This document shows, piece after piece, positions 10,003-23,508 of a stretch of DNA of 64,000 nucleotides. Within the stretch, counting starts at the first letter, position 1. Every line of letters starts with the position of its first letter. Made by a program: the position numbers and the translations under genes. The DNA comes from Octopus vulgaris (Eukaryota): positions 310,001 through 374,000 of the forward strand of contig OX597816.1 in the NCBI GenBank assembly GCA_951406725.2. Reading direction: 5' to 3'. The notes below the pieces were generated by a model, which saw nothing but the letters and a program-made list of their open reading frames with translations, searched no databases and was not told the DNA's origin.

Positions 10003-13000
10003 TTAGATGTCCAGCCTACAGTTAATCCAAAGAAGGTAACTGGCCACTACTTTATCTCCCCTGCCAACACAGGTTGATAAACCATAAGACGTGTGGCCAG
10101 AACCCCCTGGAAAATAGCCATAGCGAGGTTCATTCCACAATTGAATTGGAACAGTCAAAAAGACTGATAGGCGTGAAGAGGACAAAGATTAAGTGGCCGA
10201 AAGCAAATGACGCAGCGAGTTATAAAAAATTTGACAACAAGGTAGCAAGAATGACCACCAAATTCAAAGGCGACGACGAACAAAAGCTCCAAAAACCTGG
10301 CTAATACAATCTACCAGGAAGGAGAGAAAAGATTTGGACTGGAAACAACAGGGAAGGTAGAATCAATGGCAAACAGTGGACCATCGAGGAGAGAAAGATG
10401 GATCGCAAAGATTCGAGAAAAGAAGCAAAAACTCAGAACCAGATGGAGGGATGCAAAGGAGGAGGAAAGAAAAGGGCTGAAACGGTTATATGAAGAGATA
10501 AAAAAGGGGGCATTGAGACCAGCAAAGAAAACAAAGAAGAAAGGAGAGAGAAAAGAACTATCGTAGCTTTGTGAAACATTTATTTACTGAAAGTAAAAGC
10601 GGAAAATTGGATTGCACGAAAGAAGAGCTCAAACAACATCTGAAAGAGACATACAGCGACTCTGACAGAAATGAAGTTCTCCCAGAAATGCACAGACTGA
10701 AGAAACCACCTGAACCAAGAGTACCATTTGATGAAATGGATGAGTTCATAAGAAAAGCAAGAGCAAAAAGTTCACCAGGGAAAGATGGAGTGAGCTTCAA
10801 GGTATATAAATATTGCCTGAAATTACGATTGCAGCTGTTTGCACTGATAAGAGAAATGTGGAAGAAGAAAGATGTAGCGGAGCGATGGTGTATAGCCGAA
10901 GGTATCTTTCTACCTAAAGAAAAAGGCAAAAACACTAGGCCAATTTAGACCGATTTCTGACAGGGTTAGGGTTAGAAAATCATGTTTGGAATTATTGCTA
11001 GACAAATCATAAGATTCGTACAGCATAACGGGTACGTTAATGAAGCAATCCAAAAAGCAGGAATCCCTGGGTGCATAGAACATGCATTTGCCATCTGGGA
11101 AGCCATCACCTGTGCAAAATAACTGAAGAAAAACCTGTTTATTGTTTGGCTAGATCTTGCCAATGTTTATGGATCTGTTCCGCACGCAATAATAAAAACA
11201 GCGATGGACTTCTTTTGGATTAAAAAAGATGTTCAACGAATGCTCAACCTGAGGATGAGATTTACAGCAGGAAAATTCACGACGGAGTGGCAACGGCTTG
11301 AAATAGGTATTGCAGCCGGATGCACGATATCAGTCATCTTATTTGTGCTCGTCATGGAAATGTTACTTAGATCTACAAACTGTGAGAAAGCTGTTACAAA
11401 GACACCATTAAGGGCTTTTATGGATGACGTTACTGTATTATTGGAAAGTAGAGAAGCAGCAGAGGGAACGTTAGAGCGGTTGGACGAACTGATAGGATGG
11501 GCAAGAATGAAATTCAAAGCCAAAATATCTCGAAGCATGGCTTTCGTGAAAAGAAGGCAAGAAGAAGTGAAATTCAGGATAGGTGGTGAAGACATACCAA
11601 CGGTGAAAGAACAACCAGTAAAGAGTCTCGGCAGATGGTATAGAGATTTATTAAATGATAAGAAGCAAGGGAAAGAAACATGAGTTAGTAGAACAAGGAT
11701 TAAAGGCAATTGACAGAACAACGCTGCCGGGAAAGTTCAAGTGTTGGATACTGCAATTTGGGCTGTACCCAAGAATAATGCGGCCATTGCAAATGTACAA
11801 AATAGCCTCGAGTAGAGTAGAAAGGATGGAACAAAGATGCAGTGTGTTTATCAGAAAATGGCTTGGTCTGCCGAAACCACTGAATACAACTGCACTATAT
11901 GGAAAACCCGTGCTGCAACTACCAATAACATCAATCGCCGAAGGCAAGGACAGTAATGATGCTACGGTATTCAAAAGATCAGAGCATCCGGGAAAACCCT
12001 CCAAAGGTATGAACAGGAAGGAAATGGAAGGCGGAAGAGGGTGATCGGAAAACTAAGGCACGCAGATATAGTTGGAGCGACGCAAGAAGCTAGAACCGGC
12101 CTAGGGTCGCAAAAGTTCAGGCCATTTTGTAAGAGCTGTATAAAAGAGATGAAAGAGGCAGTGGTACATGAAGTTAGAAAGGAGGAAGAAGAAATGTACA
12201 TTTGGTGCAATGCAGTCAACAGGGACAGTGCCTGAGATGGGAGGAATATGTGATCAACCGCAGAATATCATGGAAGGAACTTTGGGCTTGGAAACAAGCA
12301 AGGACATCCTTCCTGATCAAGTCTACCTTCGACGTTCTACCCTCACCGGCGAAATTAGTCCGGTGGAACATAAACAAAACCGATGAGTGTAGATGCGGAG
12401 AGAAAGCGACGGTTAGACATGTTCTGTCAGGTTGCAGACTAGCACTTGAAAGATATACATGGAGGCATAATCAAGTCCTCGGCGTCATAAGCGCAGCACT
12501 CAAGAAGATCGAAAGGTATGATAGGGGAGAGTACCCAAAAGTAGAAAAGCGCAGGAAAGTATACTTCCACAAGGAGGGAAAAGGTTATAAAACCAGGCCT
12601 ACAAGTAAAGTATACAAGATAGACGAAAGATGGAAGGGATACTGGGAGGTGGCCACGGACTTGGAAAGACAAGTAGTATTTCCACTAATAAAAACAACAA
12701 AAGACCGGATTTAGTTCTATGGAACAGAGACCGGAGAATGGGAATTTTACTACAACTGACAGTACCTTGGGAAGAAAACATCGGCAATGCAGAGGAACAA
12801 AAGGAGAAGAGGTATGAAAAGCTAATCGAAGAATGCAGAGAACAGGGATGGAATGTCGAATATTATCACCTGGCAGTGGGGGCTAGGGGCTTCATTGAAA
12901 AGAAAATGACAACGCTTTTCAAAAGAAGATTTGTTTTTTCTAGCCCCGAGCTGCGTAAACTAATAAGGAGAGTACAGGAGGCGGTCGTAAAAGCCAGCTT

Positions 13001-13490
13001 CTATATATGGCTGAAGCGGGAACACCGAAAATGGCTTGAAAGTCATAAACACGCCGACAGGAAATAACATCATTAGGTGAGACAAGATGACTGAATCAGC
13101 TTCGCTGACTGACAGGTGACGGTCATTTAGAAAAAGCGCGGGCTAAAACTACGTGCCTTCACTAGTCAGTTAAGGTGAGACAGTGTCACGTGACAACTTA
13201 CTGGAGCCTATGCGGCAGGTATTTAAAGGGAGAAATTTGACAAGTCAGTCAGTCACCGGCTGACACTCACTGATGATACATCGAAGAGACCAGGGAACAG
13301 AAGAAAGAAGACATGCACCCAACACCAGAGCTGAAGACACCTCCGAAAGGGGTGGGGGGGTACATCAAAACGGTAGAGGAGTAGGGGCCGAAACCGGACG
13401 TGGTTCCTCCTGATGATGTCTTGAGCTAACTGGATCCTATAAAGGAGCTGTTGCGGTAGCAGACCACGAAACACGGTTGTAATTCCTCAG
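10003..13490 (+). mobile_element. Hero-clade (RLE-type) non-LTR retrotransposon, frameshifted, with 3' UTR
   Basis: KIKWPKAN, SSPGKDG, WLDLAN.YGSVPH, FMDD (RT); CRCGEKATVRHVLSGC (CCHC) and RYTWRHNQVL; RPDLVLW..LTVPWEEN..VGARGF (restriction-like endonuclease). Confidence 0.85.
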
Positions 13491-14473
13491 TTTAATCCTT
13501 TTGGATTTGCCTGCAACTGCTGCTGGTTCTGCAACAGAAACTTACCGAATCTTCTAAATGAAAGTCTGCCATCAAAATTCCATGTTAATTTATATTTCAA
13601 ATGTCAGCTTAATGATGAAAATGATTTTGACTAAATTCTTCTTTATTTTCAAAACTAACTGAAACAAATGTAGTGTATTTCAAGAGGACTATGCAAACAA
13701 AATAGTTAAACCCAATAATAAAGACTAACTAGAAGACTAGCCTGAGCCAGCAACTGTGGCAATTACAGTTACCATGATGTATATCAAAAATGTTAGATTT
13801 AAACGTTGAAGCTGAAAATGTGCAGTGATATCATGAGTGGTAGGGGGCCCAGTTCACTCAGCCCCTCAGTTTTATTCAAAGCAAACACAAAATCAAAATG
13901 CCTGTCTAAGATTTTGTTTTTCAGCCAAAATGACTCTTTAGATAATTTATTAATATTGAATCAAAACTGCTTTGTTCTGACAAATTCCACTTTGTTTTGT
14001 GTTATTGAGGAAAGCAGCAGAATGTCAGAATTCTATTGGATGGCAAAACAGACTGGAGATATTACTAAGGAGTTTTGTCTGGCAAGATACATGGTGATCT
14101 CATTAGAGCTAGTGTCAAGTAAAAAAAAAAACCCAGTACATTCTGTAAAGTGATTGGCATTAAAAAGGACATCTAGCCAAAGAAACCATGCTAAAGTATA
14201 CACTGGAGGTCAATGCAATCCGCAGGCTTGTCAGATACTGTTGAACTGTCTGACCACACCATGAGGGAAGACAGACATTAAACAACAAAGATGATGCGTC
14301 TATTTAAGATGCCTTGTCACGTATTATGGACGTCACTTTAAAAAGAAATTATTGTCTAATATTGTGAGTACAAAAAGCATAAGGTTATGAATGAGAGAAG
14401 TCATTGGTTAAAGAGAAGACAGTGAAATATATTTCATATTTAATACATTCCCAAAAAGTATGAAATTACCTAC

Positions 14474-14630
14474 TGGCTAGACATGTGGGACAGCAATATC
14501 CAGGTCTCACGAAAGGTTCTTCTTCAGTATCACAATTTGCAGACAGTGGACATGTTTGAGTATTACAAGCAGGTCGGCCTTCTACACATGCACACTTTGT
14601 GCATTCATCTACAGACCATATTTCTCCATT
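14474..14630 (-). CDS. KCP: KCP-like exon Q (last VWC: NGEIWSVDECTKC...YCCPTCLA)
   Basis: attag acceptor; CCA|GTAGGT donor is in phase with the next exon (a second GT lies 4 nt further); 157 nt. Confidence 0.88.
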
Positions 14631-14802
14631 CTAATGGAATAACAAAAAATACATATAAATATATACAACTGAACAATTACATGTCTATAGACTGTTTTTA
14701 GTTCAATTTACCCAGTAACTTCCATTATATTCTTTACTCTAGAAGCAACATGACTAGTTCTTGTGTTACTTTGAAAACAACTAAACTAAATCCTCTCTTT
14801 CT

Positions 14803-14852
<50 letters not shown>

Positions 14853-16204
14853 CTGCTGTTATTCTTCCACCCAGATCAAAATCATGCAGAAACTGAATCA
14901 TAGACCACATTCTTCAGAAACAGAATGGTGAAGAGGTGCAGGGTGTGCGTGTGTGCATAGCATTCAGATCTCAGGATGGACCAGTGGACAGACGAAGGGT
15001 ATAATAAAGAAGCAAACAGACGCAGTTGATTTTCTTTTACTTCCTGAAACATTAAAACTTACCAATGATAGACACAATATATTAAAGTGAGGCAACACGG
15101 CTTAATGGTTACATTGTTAGGGTCATGATTGTAAAGCTATGGTTTCAATTCCCAGACCAGGTGGCTCATTCTGTTCTTGAGTAAAACTTTTCAGTTTATG
15201 TGGCTGCAGTCCACCTGGCTGAAAAGGGACACCAGTGACAACTGGGGATGGCAGGAGGAGATAAACCTAAAGCACACTGAAAGGTTGCCAGAATATTGTG
15301 GGTCACTCACCATATTTTCCAACATACAAATTGATGTGGGAACATTCAAATATCATCCCTATCTAAAATCCTGCTGCATTTCACAAGGAATTTTTGATGC
15401 TCTAAAGTCACCTTGGTGCATAAATCAACTTACCTTTCTTGTCTGTAAATATTGGTCTGAAAAATTTAACCAGTACACCAGAAAATATACCATAGAACCG
15501 AAGATAAATTTTGACTTAATATGCATGTATGTTGTAACAAACTCTTTTTTTAATATTAACACACAGAAAATCAACTCTAAAAGTCATATGAGAAAGGTAA
15601 GATTCCTGTTGCAGCCCTTGGCTTAGATTTCATCAAACCATTTCAATATTTGACTTTCTCCTCCAATATATATATAGTCATACTAATTTGTAGCAGAAAT
15701 CAATGAGGAGCTGTGAAAATCAATTGATTATTTCAATCAGTGTTAAGCAAAATTTTCTTTCTCTCATCTCTCACACATTTACATTAATTCAGTCATCTCT
15801 CCAACATGGGTCCCTTATTGTTGCTAATACTCCCAATACTCTCTCAGTTTACTTCCACTTTGCCTTTCACATAAATTAACAAATCAAACAGCTTATATTT
15901 AACCCTTCACAAATCTTCCACATCTAATGTCCATAACGATGCTACACCACATTCCTTAGCATTGATCCTTCATACAGTCTGCTGCTGTTTACGTGCTGAG
16001 TAATTATGCTATTGTTTTGCAATTAATTTTGTCACTTTTTGTCTTTCAATCTACAGTATCTGTTTATGCTAATTCAGTCACCAACTAACAAATAGGTAAT
16101 TAAAAAGAGAACCTTATTTCCATGCCAAAAAATCAAATAAGGCTAATCAAAATTTAGTATTTATGTGACAGTAACAACAACAAAAATGATAATAACGCTC
16201 TTAC

Positions 16205-16351
16205 TCGTCTTGTCTGACCATTGTGAAAACAAGCTGTAGTATTGGCTGGAATACAAGTTTCGCAACATTGGCCGTCCACTCTTGTCTTCTCTTCTCCAAA
16301 ACTGCAATTTACTGTTGGACATTCCTGCATATTGCATTGGATTCTTTGTTC
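16205..16351 (-). CDS. KCP: KCP-like exon P (EQRIQCNMQEC...ACFHNGQTRR)
   Basis: tgaag acceptor, GTAAGA donor, 147 nt, phase 0-0. Confidence 0.88.
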
Positions 16352-16535
16352 CTTCAAAGAATATTAACAACGATCAGTTTTGAATTAACGCTGTGCATAG
16401 AGAATGAAATAGTCATTTACATTTACATCAAGAGAATAATTAAAATATTTTCTGTTCTTGAATTTTCCAATGTCAGAATAAAACTGTTATATGTTTCAGT
16501 AGGTTTGCAGAATCTTGGTATTATGTTGTCAAAGC

Positions 16536-16734
16536 CAGGGCCTATGAGTGGGTGGGGTCAACTGCTACATTGGTCTGGGATGCAGAAAGCCAAGGAAAGG
16601 TTCATGACCATCTGCTGGACTATGGGCTACTACCTAAAAATTGCTTAGGACTCTTGAACTTTGAGTGGAAGTACCATCATGCATGGCTTGAAAGAAATTA
16701 TGTTCACCTTGCCAAATTTTTCTTGGAGGCCCTG
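16536..16734. mobile_element. Possible hAT-type MITE
   Basis: CAGGGCCT...AGGCCCTG terminal inverted repeat; flanking 8-mers GTCAAAGC / GTCAGAAC (6/8 match). Confidence 0.5.
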
Positions 16735-17445
16735 GTCAGAACAAAATGAGTGAGGGAATAACAGTTGCAATGGTATCCTTGTTTGATTGACTGTAATTGA
16801 CCGGATGAGGTTGGTGTTAGTGACAGCAGAGAAACAGAGGTTTGGATTGGTGGGAGAGAAGTTCAAAGAACTACAGCTTCAGTTTTATTGAAACTTCATT
16901 CATTCTTATCAGAAAACAGGGTCACACTAATCTACCATCACTTACTGATCAAAGATTATTCACAGATGGCTGATAATAACTAAGAAGTGCTTGTAACAAA
17001 TGAAAGGTTTATCTGTAACAATTAGCTAGCAGAATCTTAAAATCATTAGAGTCAGGAATATATCAATAATTAAGTTAATAATAAAATCCTTTATCTCTGT
17101 CAGTGGTTTGACAGTAACCATGCCCTAAAAGTGTATAAATTACATATCAAATCTATTATTATTAAAAACATTTCTATATAATGGAAACAAACTCACTAGA
17201 TACTCATTCTTACCAAAGATACTCAAATTTGGAAGGAATTTGAATAAACCTCAGCACATGACTGGCATCTATTTCATTAACAATGGATGTTATGTGGCCA
17301 AGAAACTTTTGTTATCTCTGTGTTGTTCATGCAAGGGATTTATCAAAGTAGTGTTTATGTTGATAACAAAACTGAGTTGAAAAGTAAAAAAACTGTAAAA
17401 AAAAATCTAGAAACCAAAACATTCAAAAATGAAGAAGATACTTAC

Positions 17446-17534
17446 AATGCATTGACATATGACACACGGATTGTCAACATCTTTCCAGGTTTCACCATCT
17501 TCATAAAATTTGTCTTCTAAATCATAGTAACAAG
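17446..17534 (-). CDS. KCP: KCP-like exon O (ACYYDLEDKFYEDGETW...PCVICQCI)
   Basis: aacag acceptor, GTAAGT donor, 89 nt, phase 1-0. Confidence 0.9.
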
Positions 17535-18394
17535 CTGTTACAGAAAAGATATAAAACAGTAGCCATCATTTAATGTCCACCTTGGGTCAGACAGAATTTG
17601 TTGAGGCAGATTTTCTATGGTCAGATGCCTTCCCTCTCACCAACCCTCACCTGTTTCCAAGTAAGACAATATTTACCCATGGTTGGACATGTTGTTATGA
17701 AAGAGTGGAAACAAAAGACACTGCTGTAAATGAGCATCCCTGTTATACAATGTCAAGGCAACGAGATACTAATACACACCAGGTTTCTTCCATTTTCTGT
17801 TTATCAAATTCATTCATAAGATTTTGGTCAGCTCAGGATTATAGTAAAAAACATTATCCAAAATACCAATGGACTAAACTTAGAATCATGTAGTTCATCA
17901 TCATCATCATCATCATTTAGCATCCATAGTCCATGCTTGGACAGTGTGACCAGGGCTGGCAAGCTGGAAGGCTGCACCAGACTCCAGTGTGATTTGGTAT
18001 ACTTTCTATAGCTGGATGGCCTTCCTAACACCAACCACTCTGAGACTGTAATGGGTGCTTTTATGTGCCACTGGCACGGATGCCGTTTGCGCAACTGCAA
18101 TTTTTCTTCGCTTGATGGATCTTCTTTTCAAGTAAGACATAATACCAAAGGTCTCAGTCATTGCCACCGTGAAGCCCAACACTCGAAAAGAGCTTTCCAC
18201 GTGCCTCTGTGAGGTCCAATACTCGTAAAGTGCTTTTTATGTGCCATTTGCACGACAGCAGCATCAGCCACAACTACAATTTCACTTGGCTTGTCAGGTC
18301 TTCTTCTCAAGTGCAGCATATTGCCAAAGGTCTTGGTAGCTGGTAAGCAAAGTTCACAGCAACATCTGCACCCATACAATATAACAACAACACT

Positions 18395-18595
18395 TGTTTC
18401 GAATTTTAACACAAGGCCAGCAACGTTTTAGGAAGTAAGGGAGTCGATTATATGATCTGCAGTTCTAGACTGGTACTTTGTTTTATCAATCGTGAAAGGA
18501 TGAAAGGTAAAGTTGACCCCAGCAGAATTTCAATTCAGAAGGTAATAAGTGCAAATGAAGGCTGCTAATTTAATAATTCTGCCAGCACACCACTT
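18395..18595 (-). mobile_element. tRNA-derived SINE with Nin/Deu-like central domain (further copies about 54780-54985 and 55190-55405)
   Basis: Minus strand has a B-box-like segment followed by (G)ACTTTACCTTTCATCCTTT...ATAAAA.AAGTACCAG, repeated in three places. Confidence 0.65.
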
Positions 18596-19552
18596 TAATG
18601 ATCCATACTATAATTAAGAAAGCTGCTAATTAATTCTGTTTCCAACAAAGGATTTTACTCAGAAACTAGGATGCATCCTGTTGCTTAAATGATATGGGAG
18701 CATCACCTGAGACCGGGGTGACAGCTTGTGTTGGTTAACACATGCTTCATGGTCACAGCAGATAAGGAAGTATTTTATGGAGATGGGAACTAACCAGAAA
18801 AACTACTTGGAAGGTTGCTTGGGACAACCTAAGCAGTTACTGACAAATGGTAGATGCAGTGATGTGTTGCAAGGGTGTCCCCTGACCTGATCTAACTAAT
18901 TAGTTTGGAGTATGTAACATTTACTAAAAAAAAGCAATTAATACAGTCAACAAAGATCTTAGAAATTCTAACTTTAATATATCTTAATCAAAATGTAGTT
19001 TTCAAGATTCCTTTATTATTGAAGATTTCAACTCCTACATGCTTCAATCAAAAAATAATTTTTATTCATTGTGATATTTTTTAATGTCTTACATTTGTAT
19101 CTGTTTTCTTGCAACAGTTTCTCTCTCTCTCTCTCTCTTGTTCACTCTCTTTCTCTCTCTCTTTTTAGAGATACTTTGAGGATATGTATGAATATTTTTA
19201 TACTATAGCTATTTATCATATGAAAATTACTTAGAAATTTTCCCTTCCAAGTTTTACATATATTCATCATCATCATCATCATCATTTAGCGTCCGCTTTC
19301 CATGCTAGCATGGGTTGGACGGTTCAACTGGGGTCTGTGAAGCCAGATACATCACAGTCGCTTTGTGACACACACAAGCAGAAAACCACCTGAAGGGCAG
19401 TGTTTCTGTTAGTTTTAGTAAGAAAACAATTTCTAGATATTTGGCAATATATTGAAAGCAAAAAATCATAAAACAAAGAAATCAATAGAAAACATGTTTA
19501 GTTTATGTCAATTTGTGAGATCTAAAAACAGAAGAAAAGAAAAGGGACCAAC

Positions 19553-19655
19553 CAGGACAGATGGCACAGCAGGTTCCTTCAACTCGCTTTTGAAGAGAAA
19601 GTGGACATGTTGGCACTGGACAGATATCCGTGAAACAAACCCAACTCAGGGATTC
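19553..19655 (-). CDS. KCP: KCP-like exon N (ESLSWVCFTDIC...TCCAICP)
   Basis: ttcag acceptor, CTG|GTTGGT donor, 103 nt, phase 0-1. Confidence 0.88.
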
Positions 19656-19906
19656 CTGAAAATAACAGAATACAAATGTATGCATGTGTCTGTAAGTGTG
19701 ATATTTTAGGGTTTAGAATAATAATTCCAAAATCAATTACAATTACAATGCAAGCATGGATGTGTGGTAAGATGTTTGTCTCCCAACCAACTGGTTCTAT
19801 GTTCAATTCTAGTGAATGACACCTTCAGTAGGTGTCTTCCACTATAGGCTAGGCCCAACCAAAGGTTTGTGAGTGGATTTTGTAAATGGAAACTGAAAGA
19901 AGCCCA

Positions 19907-21090
19907 TCATCATCATTTAACGTCCGTTTTCCATGCTGGCATGGGTTGGATGGTTTGACTGGGGACTGGCAAAGCAGGAGGCTGCACCAGGCTCCAATCT
20001 GATATGGCAATGTTTCTACAGTTGGATGCCCTTCTTAATACCAACCACTCTGAGAATGTAGTGGGTGCTTTATACGTGCGACCAACACAGGAGCCAGTCA
20101 GGCGGCACTGGCATTGGCCACGATTGGATGGTGCTTTTTACATGCTGCCGGCACAGGAGCCAGTCAGGGCGGGAAAAGGCTGGCATTGACCATGTTCAGA
20201 TGGTGCTTTTTACATTGCAAAGGCACGGGTAGCCAGTCAGGTGGCGCTGACATTGGCCACAATTACAATTTCCATTTTTGATTGTGATTTGAATTTTGAT
20301 TTTACTTGACTCAGTAGCTCTCCTCAAGCATAGCATGTCACCTGACGATTAAAAGGTACTTTTTAAATGGACTGGTTATGCGATACTGGTATAGGCTATG
20401 GCTGTGATCTCACTTTACTTGCTGCCTCTTCTCAATCACAGCATATATCCAGAGGTCACGGTCTTTTGTCACTGCCTTTGTGAGGCCCAACATTCAAAGG
20501 TCATGCTTCACCACCTCATCCCATGTCTTCCTGGGTCTCCCTCTACCACATGTTACTTCCATTGTTAGGGAGTGACACTTCTTCACACAGATCTCCTCAT
20601 CCATACGCAGCACAGTCGTCTCTTTTGCACACCACATCTGATGCTTCTTATGTCCATCATTTCTGTCAGTGCGCTTACACTCTGAGTGAGTGGCCCTTTA
20701 TCACCAGTAGGAGTAGAAGCTTTCTGAACTTTGCCCAGGCTATTCTTATTCTGGTGGCAATGCTCTCCGAGCATCCACCCACCACTACAGACTTGGTCAC
20801 GTTGGTAGCAGAAGCTATCAACTACTTTTAGTTTCTCCCACTGGCATGTGATGGAATCCATTTTCTGAGCATCTGCGGTGTTTATTGCCCCTGTGCATCT
20901 GCTGCACACAAAGGCTTTCATCCCGATTAACCTTCCTTTGATGTTGCTGCATCTCTTATGCATCCATAGCTTACACTGGGTACATCTTATGGAGTTTCTA
21001 CCAACACCCTTTCTACAGATCGAGCAGGGCCACTGACCTGAAGGGGTTTGTGATGTGTTCGCCTTCTACTAGGACTTTGGTTTTTTGCAA
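19907..21090 (-). mobile_element. RTE-type LINE 3' portion with 3' UTR and (GAT)n tail
   Basis: ORF 20583..20963 (HKRCSNIKGRL...VVDSFCY); same 3' UTR as the other copies. Confidence 0.85.
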
Positions 21091-22594
21091 CATCATGTAT
21101 GTATGTACATAATCCAAAATCTGTGTGTGTGTTTGTCCTCAACCATCGCTTGACAGCCAGTGTTAGTGTGTTTATGTCCCCATAATGCAACGTCTCAGCA
21201 AAAGAGATTGATAGAATAAGTACCAGGTTTCAAAAAAACAAAATGTAAGTACTGAAATCAATTCCAAGGCAGTGCCCCAGCATGGCCACAGTCTAATGAT
21301 TGAAACAAGTAAAAGGGAATTAAACATGAAGTCTAACAGATGATGCTTGAAATAAAAGACAGAAAGATGAAATCTAAAGTAAAGAGAGAGAATCTTTGTT
21401 AATTAACCATTTTTGTTTTATGTTTTAGTAACGGGTGAAGGCGGCAGCCATGATCTGTTACACGATTCCAATGACAGGTGGAAGGGAAGATGGTAACCTT
21501 AAACTGGAAATGTAGCCCCCAAATGCTCACAACAATGCAAACTCTGCTAAGGGTTCCTATGGTGCAGGTGGGTGACTGGTTAAGTCAACCACCCAGGAAG
21601 ACTTTTGAACTCAAAAAACAAATAGCTGGAACAATCTACCATTTTGGATCAGTATTTTAATGACCACAAAATGCTAAAAGGCAAATTTGACTTAAAGCTG
21701 AGTTCCATGACACATTCAGATATCATTAAATCTCTATTCTTTAATACTTTATTTATTTCTTAGAATTTCTAAGAATTTTCATGATCTCTATTAAACTTCT
21801 GATACTAATCTGTCTACAACTGCTGCCTGGTTCTATGGCACAAACTTCCAACTTTTAAGAGATTTGAATTAAAATCTTCCATCAAAATTTCTTGTTCGTT
21901 TATATTCCAAACACCAGTTTATTAATGACTAAATTCTTCTTTATTTTCAAAAATGAAATGAAATAAAAGCAATGTACTTCAGAGAAATTGTTTTGTATAT
22001 CGTATATGTCTATGATGTGAATTCCCAATGATTAGAATTAAAACCTTCCTTCAAAATTTATGTCCCAAAGACCAGCTTAACACTTTCGTTATGGTATTTA
22101 TTTTGAGACGCTCTGTGTTTCTTTCAGTTAATTTTAAATATAACAAAGAATTTAGAAAATAACTTAGTTATCATTCACCTAGTGTTAGGAACATAAATTG
22201 TGACTAAGGTTTGGTGGCAGATTTTAATTCAAAACTTATGAAAACAAGACATTTGTATTACAGAGCCAGAGCCAGTTTCAGAAAAGGTTAATAATGACAA
22301 ATCTACTTTTCCATACAACCATAGGTCAGACTCTTAATGCTGTAAGAAGACACAATAATCATAGTTTTTAATATATGCTTTAGCATTTCTCTAAATCAGC
22401 CATTCATTTTTATGGTAAAAATATATATACTGACAGCCAGATTTAGCCAAACTATTGATCCTTTGAGTAGTCACTACTGACAAGCCAACAACTGATAGGC
22501 AAAAACTAGTCCATTCAGTTCTATATTTAAGAGATGAGAAATTATGGACATTATTTACATCTGACGGATATTTGTTCCCATCTTGTTTGTTCTT

Positions 22595-22637
22595 AACACA
22601 GTTTGGCTAATATATCCTCCAGCCTTCATCAGGTGTC
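22595..22637 (-). ncRNA. Degenerate minimal hammerhead motif (G12 lost)
   Basis: GACAC CUGAUGA A GGCUG gaggauauau UAGCC -AAA C U GUGUU. Confidence 0.5.
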
Positions 22638-22685
22638 TTGGGGAAATTTTGAACCTGGGTTCTCATTCCTAAGGTATTTTTCGAT

Positions 22686-23460
22686 CATCATCATCATCAT
22701 CATCATCATTTAACGTCCGCTTTCCATGCTAGCATGGGTTGGACGGTTCAACTGGGGTCTGGGGAGCCCGAAGGCTGCACCAGGCCAGTCAGATCTGGCA
22801 GTGTTTCTACAGCTGGATGCCCTTCCTAACGCCAACCACTCCGAGAGTGTAGTGGGTGATTTTATGTGCCACCGACACAGGTGCCAGACGAGGCTGGCGA
22901 ACGGCCACGCTCGGATGGTGTTTTAATGTGCCACCGACACAGGTGCCAGACGAGGCTGGCGAACGGCCACGCTCGGATGGTGTTTTTATGTGCCACCGAC
23001 ACACGTGCCAGACGAGGCTGGCGAACGGCCACGCTCGGATAGTGTTTTTATGTGCCACCGACACAGGTGCCAGACAAGGCTAGCAGACGACCACGCTCGG
23101 ATGGTGTTTTTTTTTTATGTGCCACCGACACAGGAGCCAGATGAGGCTGGCGATTGGCCACAATCGGATGGTGATTGTTACGTGCCCACAGCATGGAGGC
23201 CAGTCGGTGCGGCACTGGCTACGGCCACGTTCGGATGGTTTTCTCGTGTGCCACCAGCACTGGTACCACAAAGATACAAATTCCATTGATGTTCATCTAT
23301 TTTGATTTTTTGATTTGATTTTCACTTGCCTCAACAGGTCTTCACAAGTGTCACAAGAAGGAAGGTATGCACAGGTGGACTGACTACGTCCCAGGTAGGG
23401 GCCACGGGTTATGGCCTGACTAGTCTTGCCGGGTCTTCTCACGCACAGTGCCGGGTCTTC
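22686..23460 (-). mobile_element. Young RTE-type 3'-UTR copy containing about 7 units of a 62-bp tandem repeat
   Basis: (CAT)n TTAACGTCCGCTTTCCATGCTAGC tail; TGTGCCACCGACAC recurs at a 62-bp period; nearly identical to 30894-31350. Confidence 0.85.
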
Positions 23461-23466
23461 TCGTTG

Positions 23467-23508
<42 letters not shown>

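Noticed and set aside
22862-23280. CRISPR-like repeat-spacer look (palindromic GTGCCACCGGCAC-type motif at regular spacing; also about 20060, 49790 and 60795)
   Set aside because: The spacers are homologous to one another, the array is part of a dispersed LINE 3' UTR in a eukaryotic intron, and there are no cas genes
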